41,079 bases of DNA from Methanomicrobiales archaeon (GTDB lineage: Archaea; Halobacteriota; Methanomicrobia; Methanomicrobiales; JACTUA01): the NCBI GenBank assembly GCA_034679905.1, contig JAXDAH010000141.1, forward strand, positions 1 through 41,079. Reading direction: 5' to 3'. Below the pieces are notes generated by a model. It was not told the origin of the DNA. It did no database searches and worked only from the letters and a program-made list of their open reading frames with translations. Both the position numbers and the translations under genes were made by a program. Of the stretch, positions 17,805 to 25,627 are shown in pieces. How positions within the stretch are numbered: the first letter of the stretch is position 1; each line of letters begins with the position of its first letter.

Positions 17805-18719
17805 TCAGTCGGGGAGGATACGCGCCAGGTCCTCCCTCTGCGCCACGTAGACCTCCACCATGTGGTGGGGATGGTAACGCAGCTTGGACTCCCGCAGCCC
17901 CGGCTCCCCGAGATCGGACTCGCGGTTGATGAACTGGAAGCGTTCTGCCAGTATCCGGGCAGTCGCGGCATTCATCGCCTTGTAAATCCCCTCGCAGTCA
18001 GGCAGACCCTTCTCGAAGTGAACGAGGGCGGTGGTCTCGTTCAGCGGCTCGTAAAGCGCCATCGATGTGACGTGGTCATCCACCCGGATCATCCGCCCGT
18101 CGATCCCGAGTTCCTGGAAGTGATCCAGCGTGTAGAGGATCGCCTCCTTCTCGTGGGCAAGGATGGGATTGGACTCGCAGTCCCGCCAGTCGCACCACGC
18201 CAGCAGGAACTCCCGCACGTCCTTGCGGTCTTCCGGGCCGATCGCCTCGACGGCGTAGTTGCACTGCTTCCGAAAGCGGTTCAGCTGGCGGCGGATGTTG
18301 AGGTACTTCCGCCCGCGGAGCTCCGCCAGGTCGGACGCCAGGTAGACGTACTCGAAGTAGTTTCGCCGCGGGTGGAGCGGCAGATCGGGATACGCCGCGG
18401 CGATCTGCTCCCGCGAGGCGGTGTCCAGGATGGCGAGAGGCGGCTCTCCTCCCTCGCGCAGGGCGAGCCGCATGGTATCCTCCAGCAGCTCCGCGTCCGT
18501 CGGACCGATGGGGACCCGGAACATGGTCCTGCCGTCGATGGTGCTCGAGAGGACGATGCTCTCCCGCACCTGCGCATAGCGGTAGTGCGCGTAGGCGTTC
18601 CAGGCCATCATGTTGGTGAACGTATTGTCGCTGTGCTCCTGGGGAAAGCGTGCGTAGTGCCGCAGGAAGAGCTCTCGATCCCCCAGGGTCACGGGCCGGA
18701 AATCCGAGCTGGAGAGCAC
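17805..18719 (-). CDS. DUF2156 domain protein (homolog of the MprF C-terminal aminoacyl-PG synthase domain)
   Basis: GTG at 18719 preceded by GGAGG, 2 nt after the GNAT stop. The N-terminal extension of ORF 17805..18932 overlaps the GNAT gene in another frame and is an artefact. The product (FRPVTLGDRELFLRHY...NMMAWN...LNIRRQLNRF...) matches the DUF2156 pattern. Confidence 0.78.
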   Translation of the reverse strand: MLSSSDFRPVTLGDRELFLRHYARFPQEHSDNTFTNMMAWNAYAHYRYAQVRESIVLSSTIDGRTMFRVPIGPTDAELLEDTMRLALREGGEPPLAILDTASREQIAAAYPDLPLHPRRNYFEYVYLASDLAELRGRKYLNIRRQLNRFRKQCNYAVEAIGPEDRKDVREFLLAWCDWRDCESNPILAHEKEAILYTLDHFQELGIDGRMIRVDDHVTSMALYEPLNETTALVHFEKGLPDCEGIYKAMNAATARILAERFQFINRESDLGEPGLRESKLRYHPHHMVEVYVAQREDLARILPD

Positions 18720-18720
18720 C

Positions 18721-19149
18721 TCATTCCTCCCCCCGGTAGAGCATGGGGACGTCGCCCTCGCATCGCATGAACCCGTTCGCGGTATAAAACCCCTCGGTGC
18801 CTCTCTCCGCGATGAGGCCGATCCAGTCGATCCCTCCCTGCCTGCAGGCATCCAGCAGGAGGGACAGGATCCCGGATCCGATTCCGAGTCGGCGGTACTC
18901 GGTGAGCAGGCAGAGGTCCTGGATGTAGGCATCCGAGACCCCGTCGGAGATCACCCGACCCATCCCGACGGCACGCCCGCTCGTCCGGTCGATCGCAACG
19001 ACAAACGCGTAACTGCCCTGGATGACCGGAAGGACGCCTGCCGGATCCCACTCCTCGCACCACCATCCCGCCGAGCGGTACAGGTTCACGATCTCCTCGC
19101 TGCTCCAGGTATTCACCAGCCGGAACTCGATATCCGGAGTCTCCTCCAT
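18721..19149 (-). CDS. GNAT family N-acetyltransferase
   Basis: 142 aa. Acetyl-CoA binding motif region QDLCLLTEYRRLGIGSGILSLLLD...GFYTANGF. A TATA box (TTTTTATAC, minus strand, about 19204-19213) lies upstream. Confidence 0.85.
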   Translation of the reverse strand: MEETPDIEFRLVNTWSSEEIVNLYRSAGWWCEEWDPAGVLPVIQGSYAFVVAIDRTSGRAVGMGRVISDGVSDAYIQDLCLLTEYRRLGIGSGILSLLLDACRQGGIDWIGLIAERGTEGFYTANGFMRCEGDVPMLYRGEE

Positions 19150-19585
19150 GCAACAACCTTCCCCTGCGGTGCCGGCCCGCCTGTCAGGACCGGTATGCCG
19201 TCACCGTATAAAAACGGTGTGAAAGACCCCACAGACCCGATTCGTGCTCACGCCCCGGCTATTAAGCATGGCGGAGAGAGGTCCCGATCCTGCCCGGCGG
19301 CCCGGCTGTCCGCACCTCTACCGGTCCAGCAGGAGAACCGCACCAGCACACCGCTGGAGACCCTGCAGCGGAGGGAACCGGGTCCGGGCTAGTACATTTC
19401 TGGTCATGGGAGAGCGATCCGTGTGCGATAGACTTCCTGAGCGATGAGGTGGCGACGAGATCGCGGTCCGGATGGAGACGCCAGGGCTTCACAGCCACGC
19501 TTGAGAGAAAAATCTTGGAGGACCACAGAGGGAGTGTCGATCCCCGCACCCATAACCGTGCCTGATACGACCCTGTGTAAGCCCT

Positions 19586-19631
19586 ATCGCACCAGAGGGG
19601 GGAAAGGGATTCGGGATTCGGAGGGGCGGGG
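19586..19631 (+). repeat. ATCGCACCA-led G-tract unit 1 (G-quadruplex-type motif)
   Basis: atcgcaccagaGGGGGGaaaGGGattcGGGattcggaGGGGcGGGG: at least four G3+ runs with short loops. Confidence 0.55.
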
Positions 19632-19751
19632 TTGCGCCTCCTACAGTGGCGAGGGTCTGAGTCTGAATGGGTCCCCATCTACCGCCAGGAGAGCAGGGAT
19701 GAGACGATGCATATCAAAAACGCTCCTATACCCCCTAACCGGGCAGGTCCA

Positions 19752-19796
19752 ATCGCACCAATGGGAAGAGGGGATTTTAAAGGGGGAGGAGGGGGG
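19752..19796 (+). repeat. ATCGCACCA-led G-tract unit 2 (G-quadruplex-type motif)
   Basis: atcgcaccaatGGGaagaGGGGattttaaaGGGGGaggaGGGGGG. Same 9-nt leader as unit 1, 166 nt downstream. Its 3' part can pair with the following C-tract (hairpin about 19781..19812). Confidence 0.55.
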
Positions 19797-20370
19797 CGCG
19801 TCCCCTTCCCCCTACTGCCCCCACCCCGCCGATATGATCGCCTCCGGGGGGAGGAAGATCGGGAGCGATACTTCACCATGCCCCCTGGAGTGCGATGCCC
19901 CTGTAGTTGCCGATCTCACCTCCGTCCAAGCCATCGGGCCAACCTGGGAGACGATCGTCCCCCATTCCAGGGTAATACGCTCCCAATATCCCCATCCTAC
20001 GCATCCCACCCAGTCGGGGGAAGAGAGCCCGGTCCACAGAGGATGCTTCGCCCTACTCACGCAACTGCAATACGAGAATGGCTACCGAATCCCTCACCAT
20101 CCCGGGCAAAAGGCAGTTCTTCCCGAATCGGGAGATTGTAGTCCTGATATATGCCGTATCTTGGTGATATAGGGGAGGGAGGTGCAATCGATCTCGTCCA
20201 TCCACCGCAACACCACCTATCGATCTCACGAAGATCCTCTGCGATGGGAAACCTCCACAGACTGCCACGGGCCCGGGGAGTCTGGCGGAGTGAGGCGTTG
20301 GTTCCCTTCTATGTACATCTCTAAAATGCTTGAAAAAAGCGTAGAACCGGGGCAGGAGAGGCGATCGCCG

Positions 20371-20937
20371 TCAGCTCGCCACGTCCGCCCCGTACTTCTC
20401 CTGCAGCATCTTCAGCAGCGCATCCGAGCGGCGGGATATCGCGACGATCCGCCTGACTGCCCGGTTCAGCTGTCCGTTCAGTTCGTCCACCTGTTTGCGG
20501 GTGACGTAGCCTCTCTGGCTTGCACTCTTGATGCGGTCCTCTGCGATCTGGCAGTTGTAGAAGAACCGGTCGATGATGCAGCTGGCCTCGTGGAGGTTGA
20601 ACCGGAACTGGTTGGTCCCCTCGCCCAGGATCTCGTTCAGCTCTTTGAGTTCCACGTCGATCTCGTTCAGGATGTCGATGATGGAGGCGAACGCCTGCTG
20701 CCGCTCCATCTCTTCCAGCTCCCGCGTGGCATCGACCGCTCCATCCAGTTTCTTCACGTAGAGCCCCAGGGCGTGAGCAATGTCCCGGAAGAGCTGCTTA
20801 TCCCTCCCCTCGAGAGTCTCTGCCCGCTCCTGAAGGCGTTCTACCTCCTTCTCCAGACGCATCCGAAATTCGTTCTCATCGTACTCCATACAATCGGCCC
20901 CCTCTTCCGATGAACTCGGGTCCATCTCCTCCCCCAT
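20371..20937 (-). CDS. hypothetical coiled-coil protein
   Basis: The ORF 20371..21006 starts at a TTG. The first ATG is at 20937 (MGEEMDPSSS...). Glu/Leu/Arg-rich heptad-like sequence. AT-rich island with TTTATTAA upstream. Exact start uncertain. Confidence 0.6.
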   Translation of the reverse strand: MGEEMDPSSSEEGADCMEYDENEFRMRLEKEVERLQERAETLEGRDKQLFRDIAHALGLYVKKLDGAVDATRELEEMERQQAFASIIDILNEIDVELKELNEILGEGTNQFRFNLHEASCIIDRFFYNCQIAEDRIKSASQRGYVTRKQVDELNGQLNRAVRRIVAISRRSDALLKMLQEKYGADVAS

Positions 20938-21006
20938 TCTCCGGCGGCAGAGATCGGCTTTACAGCCTACCCGGTACTCCGCCTGCCACAAGTTTACCAA
21001 TGCCAA

Positions 21007-21140
21007 ACATGTTAATAAATGTTTCCAAACGATCGTGCACTATAAAGGAGTAAATATTCAATTGTTGTGATAAATATAATCCCATCGCTCAGATTACGGA
21101 ATTTCGAGCCATTTCGAAGTTTACATCAGGTTTAGAGGTA
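21007..21140 (-). promoter_or_regulatory. AT-rich promoter island
   Basis: A/T-rich stretch with TATA-like boxes (ttaataaat, ctataaagg, aaatattc, gataaatataat), 5' of the minus-strand gene 20371..20937. Confidence 0.45.
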
Positions 21141-21427
21141 TTAATTCTGGTTATATCGTTGGTATGGAACAGAATCGTCCTTCACAGGCCGTATACGATC
21201 GGCATACCCGTTCGGGCGCAGTAGTACCACCCGCAGGAGCCGGCAGCGCCGCGGCAGTCTCTCCTCCGGGTGCTCCCCCCTGCTTCGCCGGCATGCGGCC
21301 TCCCCTTCGAGGGGAGGTCGCAGGAACTCCACCCGGGGCGGGGATGAGGTGCGCCATGCGCGAGGTAGGGGCAATCGCCACTGCGCGGGAGCGGCAGGCG
21401 TCTGCAAGCCCGTGAAGGCGGCCGCAT

Positions 21428-21736
21428 TCAGGCAGACACCCGAGCGGAGCTTCCAGGACTCTCCCGTGTCCTGCCGACATCCTCCCGTGCTTCCGCCCGG
21501 CCGGGATCGATCTCCAGCACCCGCTCGAATCTGCGCAGTGCCAGTTCCGGATGACCCATCTGCTGCAGCAGACGTCCTTTCTCCAGCCATGCATCCGCAC
21601 AGGAGGGATCGATGTCTATCGCCCGATCGTAGCACTGCAGGGCTTCACGACACCGCCCGTAACTGCGGAGCGTGTTTCCCCGGCTCACCCAGACAGCGGG
21701 TCCGTGCGTTGTACCGAACATCCGTAGAAGACCCAT
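21428..21736 (-). CDS. small TPR-repeat protein (possibly a truncated remnant)
   Basis: ATG preceded by GGAGG. Two to three TPR units (GNTLRSYGRCREALQCYDRAIDIDPSCADAWLEKGRLLQQMGHPELALRRFERVLEIDP). The last repeat runs into a non-TPR tail. Confidence 0.55.
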   Translation of the reverse strand: MGLLRMFGTTHGPAVWVSRGNTLRSYGRCREALQCYDRAIDIDPSCADAWLEKGRLLQQMGHPELALRRFERVLEIDPGRAEAREDVGRTRESPGSSARVSA

Positions 21737-21802
21737 AGAGCCTCCGCATTCTATAGAGCAGACTCAAATTGCCGGATATATCAATATTTCTTCCGTATTG
21801 CT

Positions 21803-21809
21803 AAAAAAA
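21803..21809 (-). terminator. oligo-T (T7) terminator tract after the 113-aa gene
   Basis: Minus strand reads TGA AATAC TTTTTTT directly after the stop at 21815. Archaeal termination typically uses such T-runs. Confidence 0.5.
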
Positions 21810-21814
21810 GTATT

Positions 21815-22156
21815 TCAGCGGGTGACAACGTAATCGGACTTGTAGCGCCGCTCCTGCTTCAGCGTGCCGTCCGGTTGCATGATCATGACCATCGTCTCTG
21901 CCAGCGGGACCTCCTCCTCCACTGCGTCCCGGCACTCCGCCGATTGCGCCCGTGGAGCGGCTTCCGGGTCCTCGACCAGCAGGCGGGGCGCCGGCTCGTT
22001 CTCCCGGGAGACGCAGCTCTTCACGAGGGTTTGAAGGTCTTCGATCTCGTCGGCGATGCCCTTCAGCACCGCCTCCATCTCTACCACCCGCAGTTCAAGG
22101 CTGCGGATCCGGTCGGGGTACCCGGTCTGGGTTCTTCCCTGTACGTTTGCTATCAT
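21815..22156 (-). CDS. hypothetical protein (113 aa), probably leaderless
   Basis: ATG at 22156 (MIANVQGR...). The longer ORF to 22462 is Pro/Arg-rich junk. A TATA box lies 25-33 nt upstream of the ATG. Confidence 0.6.
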   Translation of the reverse strand: MIANVQGRTQTGYPDRIRSLELRVVEMEAVLKGIADEIEDLQTLVKSCVSRENEPAPRLLVEDPEAAPRAQSAECRDAVEEEVPLAETMVMIMQPDGTLKQERRYKSDYVVTR

Positions 22157-22181
22157 AATTGAAGCTAGATTCGAAGTGCAG

Positions 22182-22189
22182 CTATAAAT
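22182..22189 (-). promoter_or_regulatory. TATA box (ATTTATAG on the minus strand) for the leaderless 113-aa gene
   Basis: GGAAAGATTTATAGC on the minus strand, with its proximal edge about 25 nt from the ATG at 22156. Confidence 0.5.
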
Positions 22190-22555
22190 CTTTCCTGCTT
22201 GTAGCAGCGTTGCACCCTGCGACCGGGCGAGCGGCGGTTGCAGGGAAGGCTGCAGCGGACCCTCTCGGGGATCGCCGCCCCCGCACACCGTCCGATCCTG
22301 TGCGGCCCTCTCCCCGGTGGCGGGAGGATCCGTCGAGGCCAGGGGATCGGCAGCGAGGTGTGCAGGAATGACATGGACGGCAGAGATCCACGACGGGGAT
22401 CTTGCGCCGGGTCGGCGGCTCCGATGCAGGAAGGGGCCGGGAGGCGAGAGGCGGCCCAGCACCGCGCCAGCAGGATCGCGTGCCCGGGACAGGTTGCGTC
22501 TCGGCCGGCTTCCAGCCGATTCGGCACTGCAGGGCAGGTAAACTGTTAATACGCA

Positions 22556-22969
22556 GTGCGTATATCCGTCAGCGTATCAGCGGGAGATGGTTCTACCGTG
22601 GTGACAGAAGGCGATACCCCGTATCGGGGGGACGCAGATGAGCCGGCAGCGCTCCTCAGGAGCGAGAGCATCTTCGGTGCCCGGGTCCGCAACCGGAACG
22701 GGGAGGACCTCGGGCACATCCGGGACATACTGGTGGACGTCGGGAGAGGGCGGGCGGCATTCGTCGTGCTCTCCTCCGGGGGGCTCCTGGGCGAGAAGTA
22801 CTTCGCCTTCCCCTGGAAGAACCTGACACGCCGCCCGGAGCGGGGTGAGTTCGTCCTGGATGTCGAGAGGGAGCAGCTGGAGAATACTGAAAGACTCCGG
22901 CCGGACGAATGGCCGGTACACGGCACCTGGGAACACACCCGGTCCCTGATGCCCTACCGGGAGGAATGA
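22556..22969 (+). CDS. PRC-barrel domain protein (paralog 1)
   Basis: Core ...GARVRNRNGEDLGHIRDILVDVGRGRAAFVVLSSGGLLGEKYFAFPWKNL...LDVEREQLEN, as in PRC-barrel proteins. GTG start at 22556. Alternative GTG at 22598 preceded by GGGAGATGG. Confidence 0.72.
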   Translation: MRISVSVSAGDGSTVVTEGDTPYRGDADEPAALLRSESIFGARVRNRNGEDLGHIRDILVDVGRGRAAFVVLSSGGLLGEKYFAFPWKNLTRRPERGEFVLDVEREQLENTERLRPDEWPVHGTWEHTRSLMPYREE

Positions 22970-23232
22970 ACAGAGACGGTGCGATGGGAATATGTCGGAA
23001 GGATGCTGTTCGTACGGTATCGTGCGGCTCTGGATCGAACGGAGCAGCGGGTGCCTCCTCGATCCCCGCTGTCCGTTCACCGTATCGGGTTCCACCTCTC
23101 CGGCCCACGGTCTCTGTTCTTGACTCGTGCCTGGAGGCGTACAGGCGCGGAGAAAAGCGGGCATCTTCCACGAATTGCCGGCGTGCAAGCAACATTTAAA
23201 TAATATCGTTTGCTATTTCCCGCCACTGCCCG

Positions 23233-23862
23233 ATGTCTGGTTGCGGCAGCGAGAGCGATACGGAGATGGTACACGTGGTGAACGCAGGAACTGAAACAGT
23301 TCCCGGAGCCCGAACCCGGGTGGTCGGAGAAGGACTGCGGCTGTTGTCCGCCAGAGACCTCATGGATGTCAGGGTGCGAAACCCGCAGGGCGAGGACCTC
23401 GGCGAGATCAAGAACCTGATGGTCGACCTCAACGCCGGTCGAATCGTCTACGCCGTGCTCGCCTTTGGCGGGGTGCTCGGAGCGGGCGAGAAGCTCTTCG
23501 CCATCCCCTGGGAGGCCTTCACCCAGAGAACCGAAGAGAGGACCTTCATCCTGAACGTGGACCGGGAGCAGCTGGAGAAGTCCCCCGGGTTCCGCGAGGA
23601 CGAGTGGCCCATGCACGGCGACTGGGAGCTCGTGCAGCCAGCCCCGTATGCGGCGGAGCGGGCTGCAGTCCCCGAGGAGAGGGTGGTGGAACGCAGGGAG
23701 ACACGGGAGATGCCCATGGGCGAATCCGTCGGGCTGTATACCCCCCGTCGAGACGTCGAATGTCCCACCTACGAGGCCGGCCGCAGGTCCCCGGAGTACG
23801 ATCGCGAATGGCTGGAGGGCATGTTCTCCTGGTTCGGCGTCCAGCCGTACTGGTGCGAGTAG
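23233..23862 (+). CDS. PRC-barrel domain protein (paralog 2) with a conserved C-terminal ...YDREWLEGMFSWFGVQPYWCE tail
   Basis: The ATG is about 27-39 nt downstream of the TATA box ATTTAAATAATAT (23194..23206). PRC core VRVRNPQGEDLGEIKNLMVDLNAGRIVYAVLAFGGVLGAGEKLFAIPWEAF. Confidence 0.8.
   Translation: MSGCGSESDTEMVHVVNAGTETVPGARTRVVGEGLRLLSARDLMDVRVRNPQGEDLGEIKNLMVDLNAGRIVYAVLAFGGVLGAGEKLFAIPWEAFTQRTEERTFILNVDREQLEKSPGFREDEWPMHGDWELVQPAPYAAERAAVPEERVVERRETREMPMGESVGLYTPRRDVECPTYEAGRRSPEYDREWLEGMFSWFGVQPYWCE
23374..23634 (+). repeat. paralogous 261-nt tract (copy A), high nucleotide identity to 24343..24603
   Basis: Collinear with no indels. Perfect blocks of 42, 39 and 53 nt are shared, including synonymous positions. 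Confidence 0.8.
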
Positions 23863-24273
23863 CGGATAACCGCTGCGGGGGCGCGCAAGCGTAACCGGGA
23901 TGCGAAGAGGGTCCGCGGCGCAACCGCGGGTGAACGCTCTCCAGCCTCCCACCAGGCTCTTTTCATCAGCCAGGGACGATAACCCAAAAACCCCCGCCTC
24001 CAGCAGGAATGGATGGGGAGCACTCCATGCTGAGAGCATCCGCTCCGGGAGTGTGCCTCGCGGAAGGCCACACTTTAGCGACTATCGATGCCTTCGAAAT
24101 AACCTCCGATCCATCGTCCAGGTAGATGCAGGCAAATTCACCCCGAATCCGATATCACGCGCATTCCGCACTTCCGTGCCGGAGAAACGTATAAATAGTC
24201 TCGCGCCTCTACAACCCGCCTTGCCTGGAGGAGTCGTATACGCCTCGGCACAGAGATTGGAGACGTGAGATAG

Positions 24274-24966
24274 ATGGAGGCCAGAACGAGGAGAATGGAA
24301 GGCATGAGGCTGCTGTCTGCGGATGACACCATGGACACCAAGGTGCGGAACCCGCAGGGCGAGGACCTCGGCGAGATCAAGAACCTGATGATCGACCTGA
24401 ACACGGGCAAGATCATCTACGCCGTGCTCTCCTTCGGGGGAATCCTGGGAGCGGGCGAGAAGCTCTTCGCCATCCCCTGGGAGGCCCTGACAGCCCAGCC
24501 GGAGCGGGAGGGGTTCGTCCTGAACATGGACAAGGAGCAGCTGGAGAACGCCCCCGGGTTCCGCGAGGACGAGTGGCCCATGCACGGCGACTGGGAGCTC
24601 GTGGAGCCGACCCGCACGGCGGCATACTATACGGCCGCACGCGAAGTCTACCCGGAGGAGAGAGCTGCCGTCACCGAAGAGCGGATCGAACCGCGCGCCG
24701 AGACCTGGGAGGAGCGGCAGGAGGCAGCGAAGAGACGGGATGAAGAGAGGTACCGGGGGATGAGCAAGGCGGAGATACGGTCCAAACAGGCCGCGGAAGT
24801 CCAGGCACTGCCGCATACCATGCGCCCGTCCACCGGTCGCGACATTCCCGGACGGGGACCGGCGTGCGCCGACTATGAACGGGCCAAGAAATCGCCGGAC
24901 TACGACCGCGAGTGGCTGGAGGGCATGTTCACCTGGTTCGGATCGCCGCCGTACTGGTGCGAGTAA
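24274..24966 (+). CDS. PRC-barrel domain protein (paralog 3) with a conserved C-terminal ...YDREWLEGMFTWFGSPPYWCE tail
   Basis: ATG preceded by TGGAGA. A TATA box GTATAAATAG (24189..24198) lies upstream. The PRC core is nearly identical to paralog 2. Confidence 0.8.
   Translation: MEARTRRMEGMRLLSADDTMDTKVRNPQGEDLGEIKNLMIDLNTGKIIYAVLSFGGILGAGEKLFAIPWEALTAQPEREGFVLNMDKEQLENAPGFREDEWPMHGDWELVEPTRTAAYYTAAREVYPEERAAVTEERIEPRAETWEERQEAAKRRDEERYRGMSKAEIRSKQAAEVQALPHTMRPSTGRDIPGRGPACADYERAKKSPDYDREWLEGMFTWFGSPPYWCE
24343..24603 (+). repeat. paralogous 261-nt tract (copy B)
   Basis: See copy A. The 3' terminal 75 nt of the two genes (23788..23862 and 24892..24966) are also closely similar. Confidence 0.8.
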
Positions 24967-24978
24967 GATCGCCCTTTC

Positions 24979-25009
24979 GGGGGTGGCGTACCCCCTGCGG
25001 ATCCTTTTT
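24979..25009 (+). terminator. hairpin plus T5 tract after PRC-barrel paralog 3
   Basis: GGGGGT-ggcgt-ACCCCC stem-loop (24979..24995) followed by TTTTT at 25005..25009, 13 nt after the TAA stop. Confidence 0.5.
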
Positions 25010-25010
25010 A

Positions 25011-25056
25011 GGATGCCTGATCCAACAGGACGGATTCTTCTCCTGTGCAGGCATCC
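25011..25056 (+). promoter_or_regulatory. extended stem-loop upstream of the RNase III-domain gene
   Basis: GGATGCCTG (25011..25019) pairs perfectly with CAGGCATCC (25048..25056). An inner stem pairs CAGGA (25026..25030) with TCCTG (25041..25045). Confidence 0.45.
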
Positions 25057-25144
25057 GCGGGGCACCAGGCGGACAGGGCATTCCGTGGTGCACGCGGTTC
25101 ATATAGTTGGGCGTCCAGATCAGCTGCTGCAGGGGGGTTGGTCC

Positions 25145-25627
25145 GTGGCAGAGAGCGAAAATCGGGAGAGAGAACTCGAACAGGAGCTCGGCTACTCTTT
25201 TACGGATCCTGCCCTGCTGCGGCGGGCGCTCACCCGGCTCGCCTACGCGAAGGAGCAGGGGCTGGACGCGGCGGACCACATGGACGCTCTCGCGACCCTG
25301 GGGGATGCGGTCTTCGAGCTGGCGACGATCGAGAGCCTCGTGCGGTCGGGCGAGACCGAGAAGGGCGCGATCACCAACCAGAAGGTGAACCGCGTCAATA
25401 TGGTGCAGCTCCGCAACCTTGCCGAGTCCCTCCGGATCGAGCGCTACGTCTACTGGGGCAGAGGGGAGGAGGCGCAGCACATCTGGACGTCGGGACGGGT
25501 GCTCGCCGAGTGCATCGAGGCGGTGGTCGGCGCCGTCTACCTGGACGGGGGCATGGCAGCGGCCCGGCAGGTGCTCCAGCACCTGCAGTTTCTCCGTCCC
25601 ATGATTAAGCCCTACTGCATGATGTAG
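25145..25627 (+). CDS. RNase III-domain-only protein (Mini-III-like)
   Basis: GTG at 25145 preceded by AGGGGGG. Signature MDALATLGDAVFEL (Mini-III-style ..LA.LGDAV.E) and ECIEAVVGAVYLDGG. No dsRBD. The upstream part of ORF 24875..25627 is out of context and was discarded. Confidence 0.7.
   Translation: MAESENRERELEQELGYSFTDPALLRRALTRLAYAKEQGLDAADHMDALATLGDAVFELATIESLVRSGETEKGAITNQKVNRVNMVQLRNLAESLRIERYVYWGRGEEAQHIWTSGRVLAECIEAVVGAVYLDGGMAAARQVLQHLQFLRPMIKPYCMM

Larger units (their letters stand above)
19230..20370. other. ORF-free region of about 1.1 kb (no credible coding frame on either strand)
   Basis: All track ORFs here are short with Arg/Pro/Gly/Ser-rich junk translations. Contains G-rich tracts followed by C-rich tracts, hairpins and degenerate motifs. 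Confidence 0.6.

Noticed and set aside
19424-19430. GTGCGAT as a possible group II intron 5' end within the gene desert
   Set aside because: No domain V-like hairpin (the conserved 34-nt element of the AGC...GUU type), no intron-encoded RT ORF and no plausible 3' AY boundary. The 13-mer GTGTGCGATAGAC also at 35709 is within chance expectation for a window of this size.
19586-19796. Origin recognition box (ORB)-like elements with a G-string, implying a replication origin
   Set aside because: No dyad ORB core, no adjacent AT-rich unwinding element between the units, and no orc1/cdc6 gene in the window. The G-tract interpretation is retained as a finding without the origin claim.
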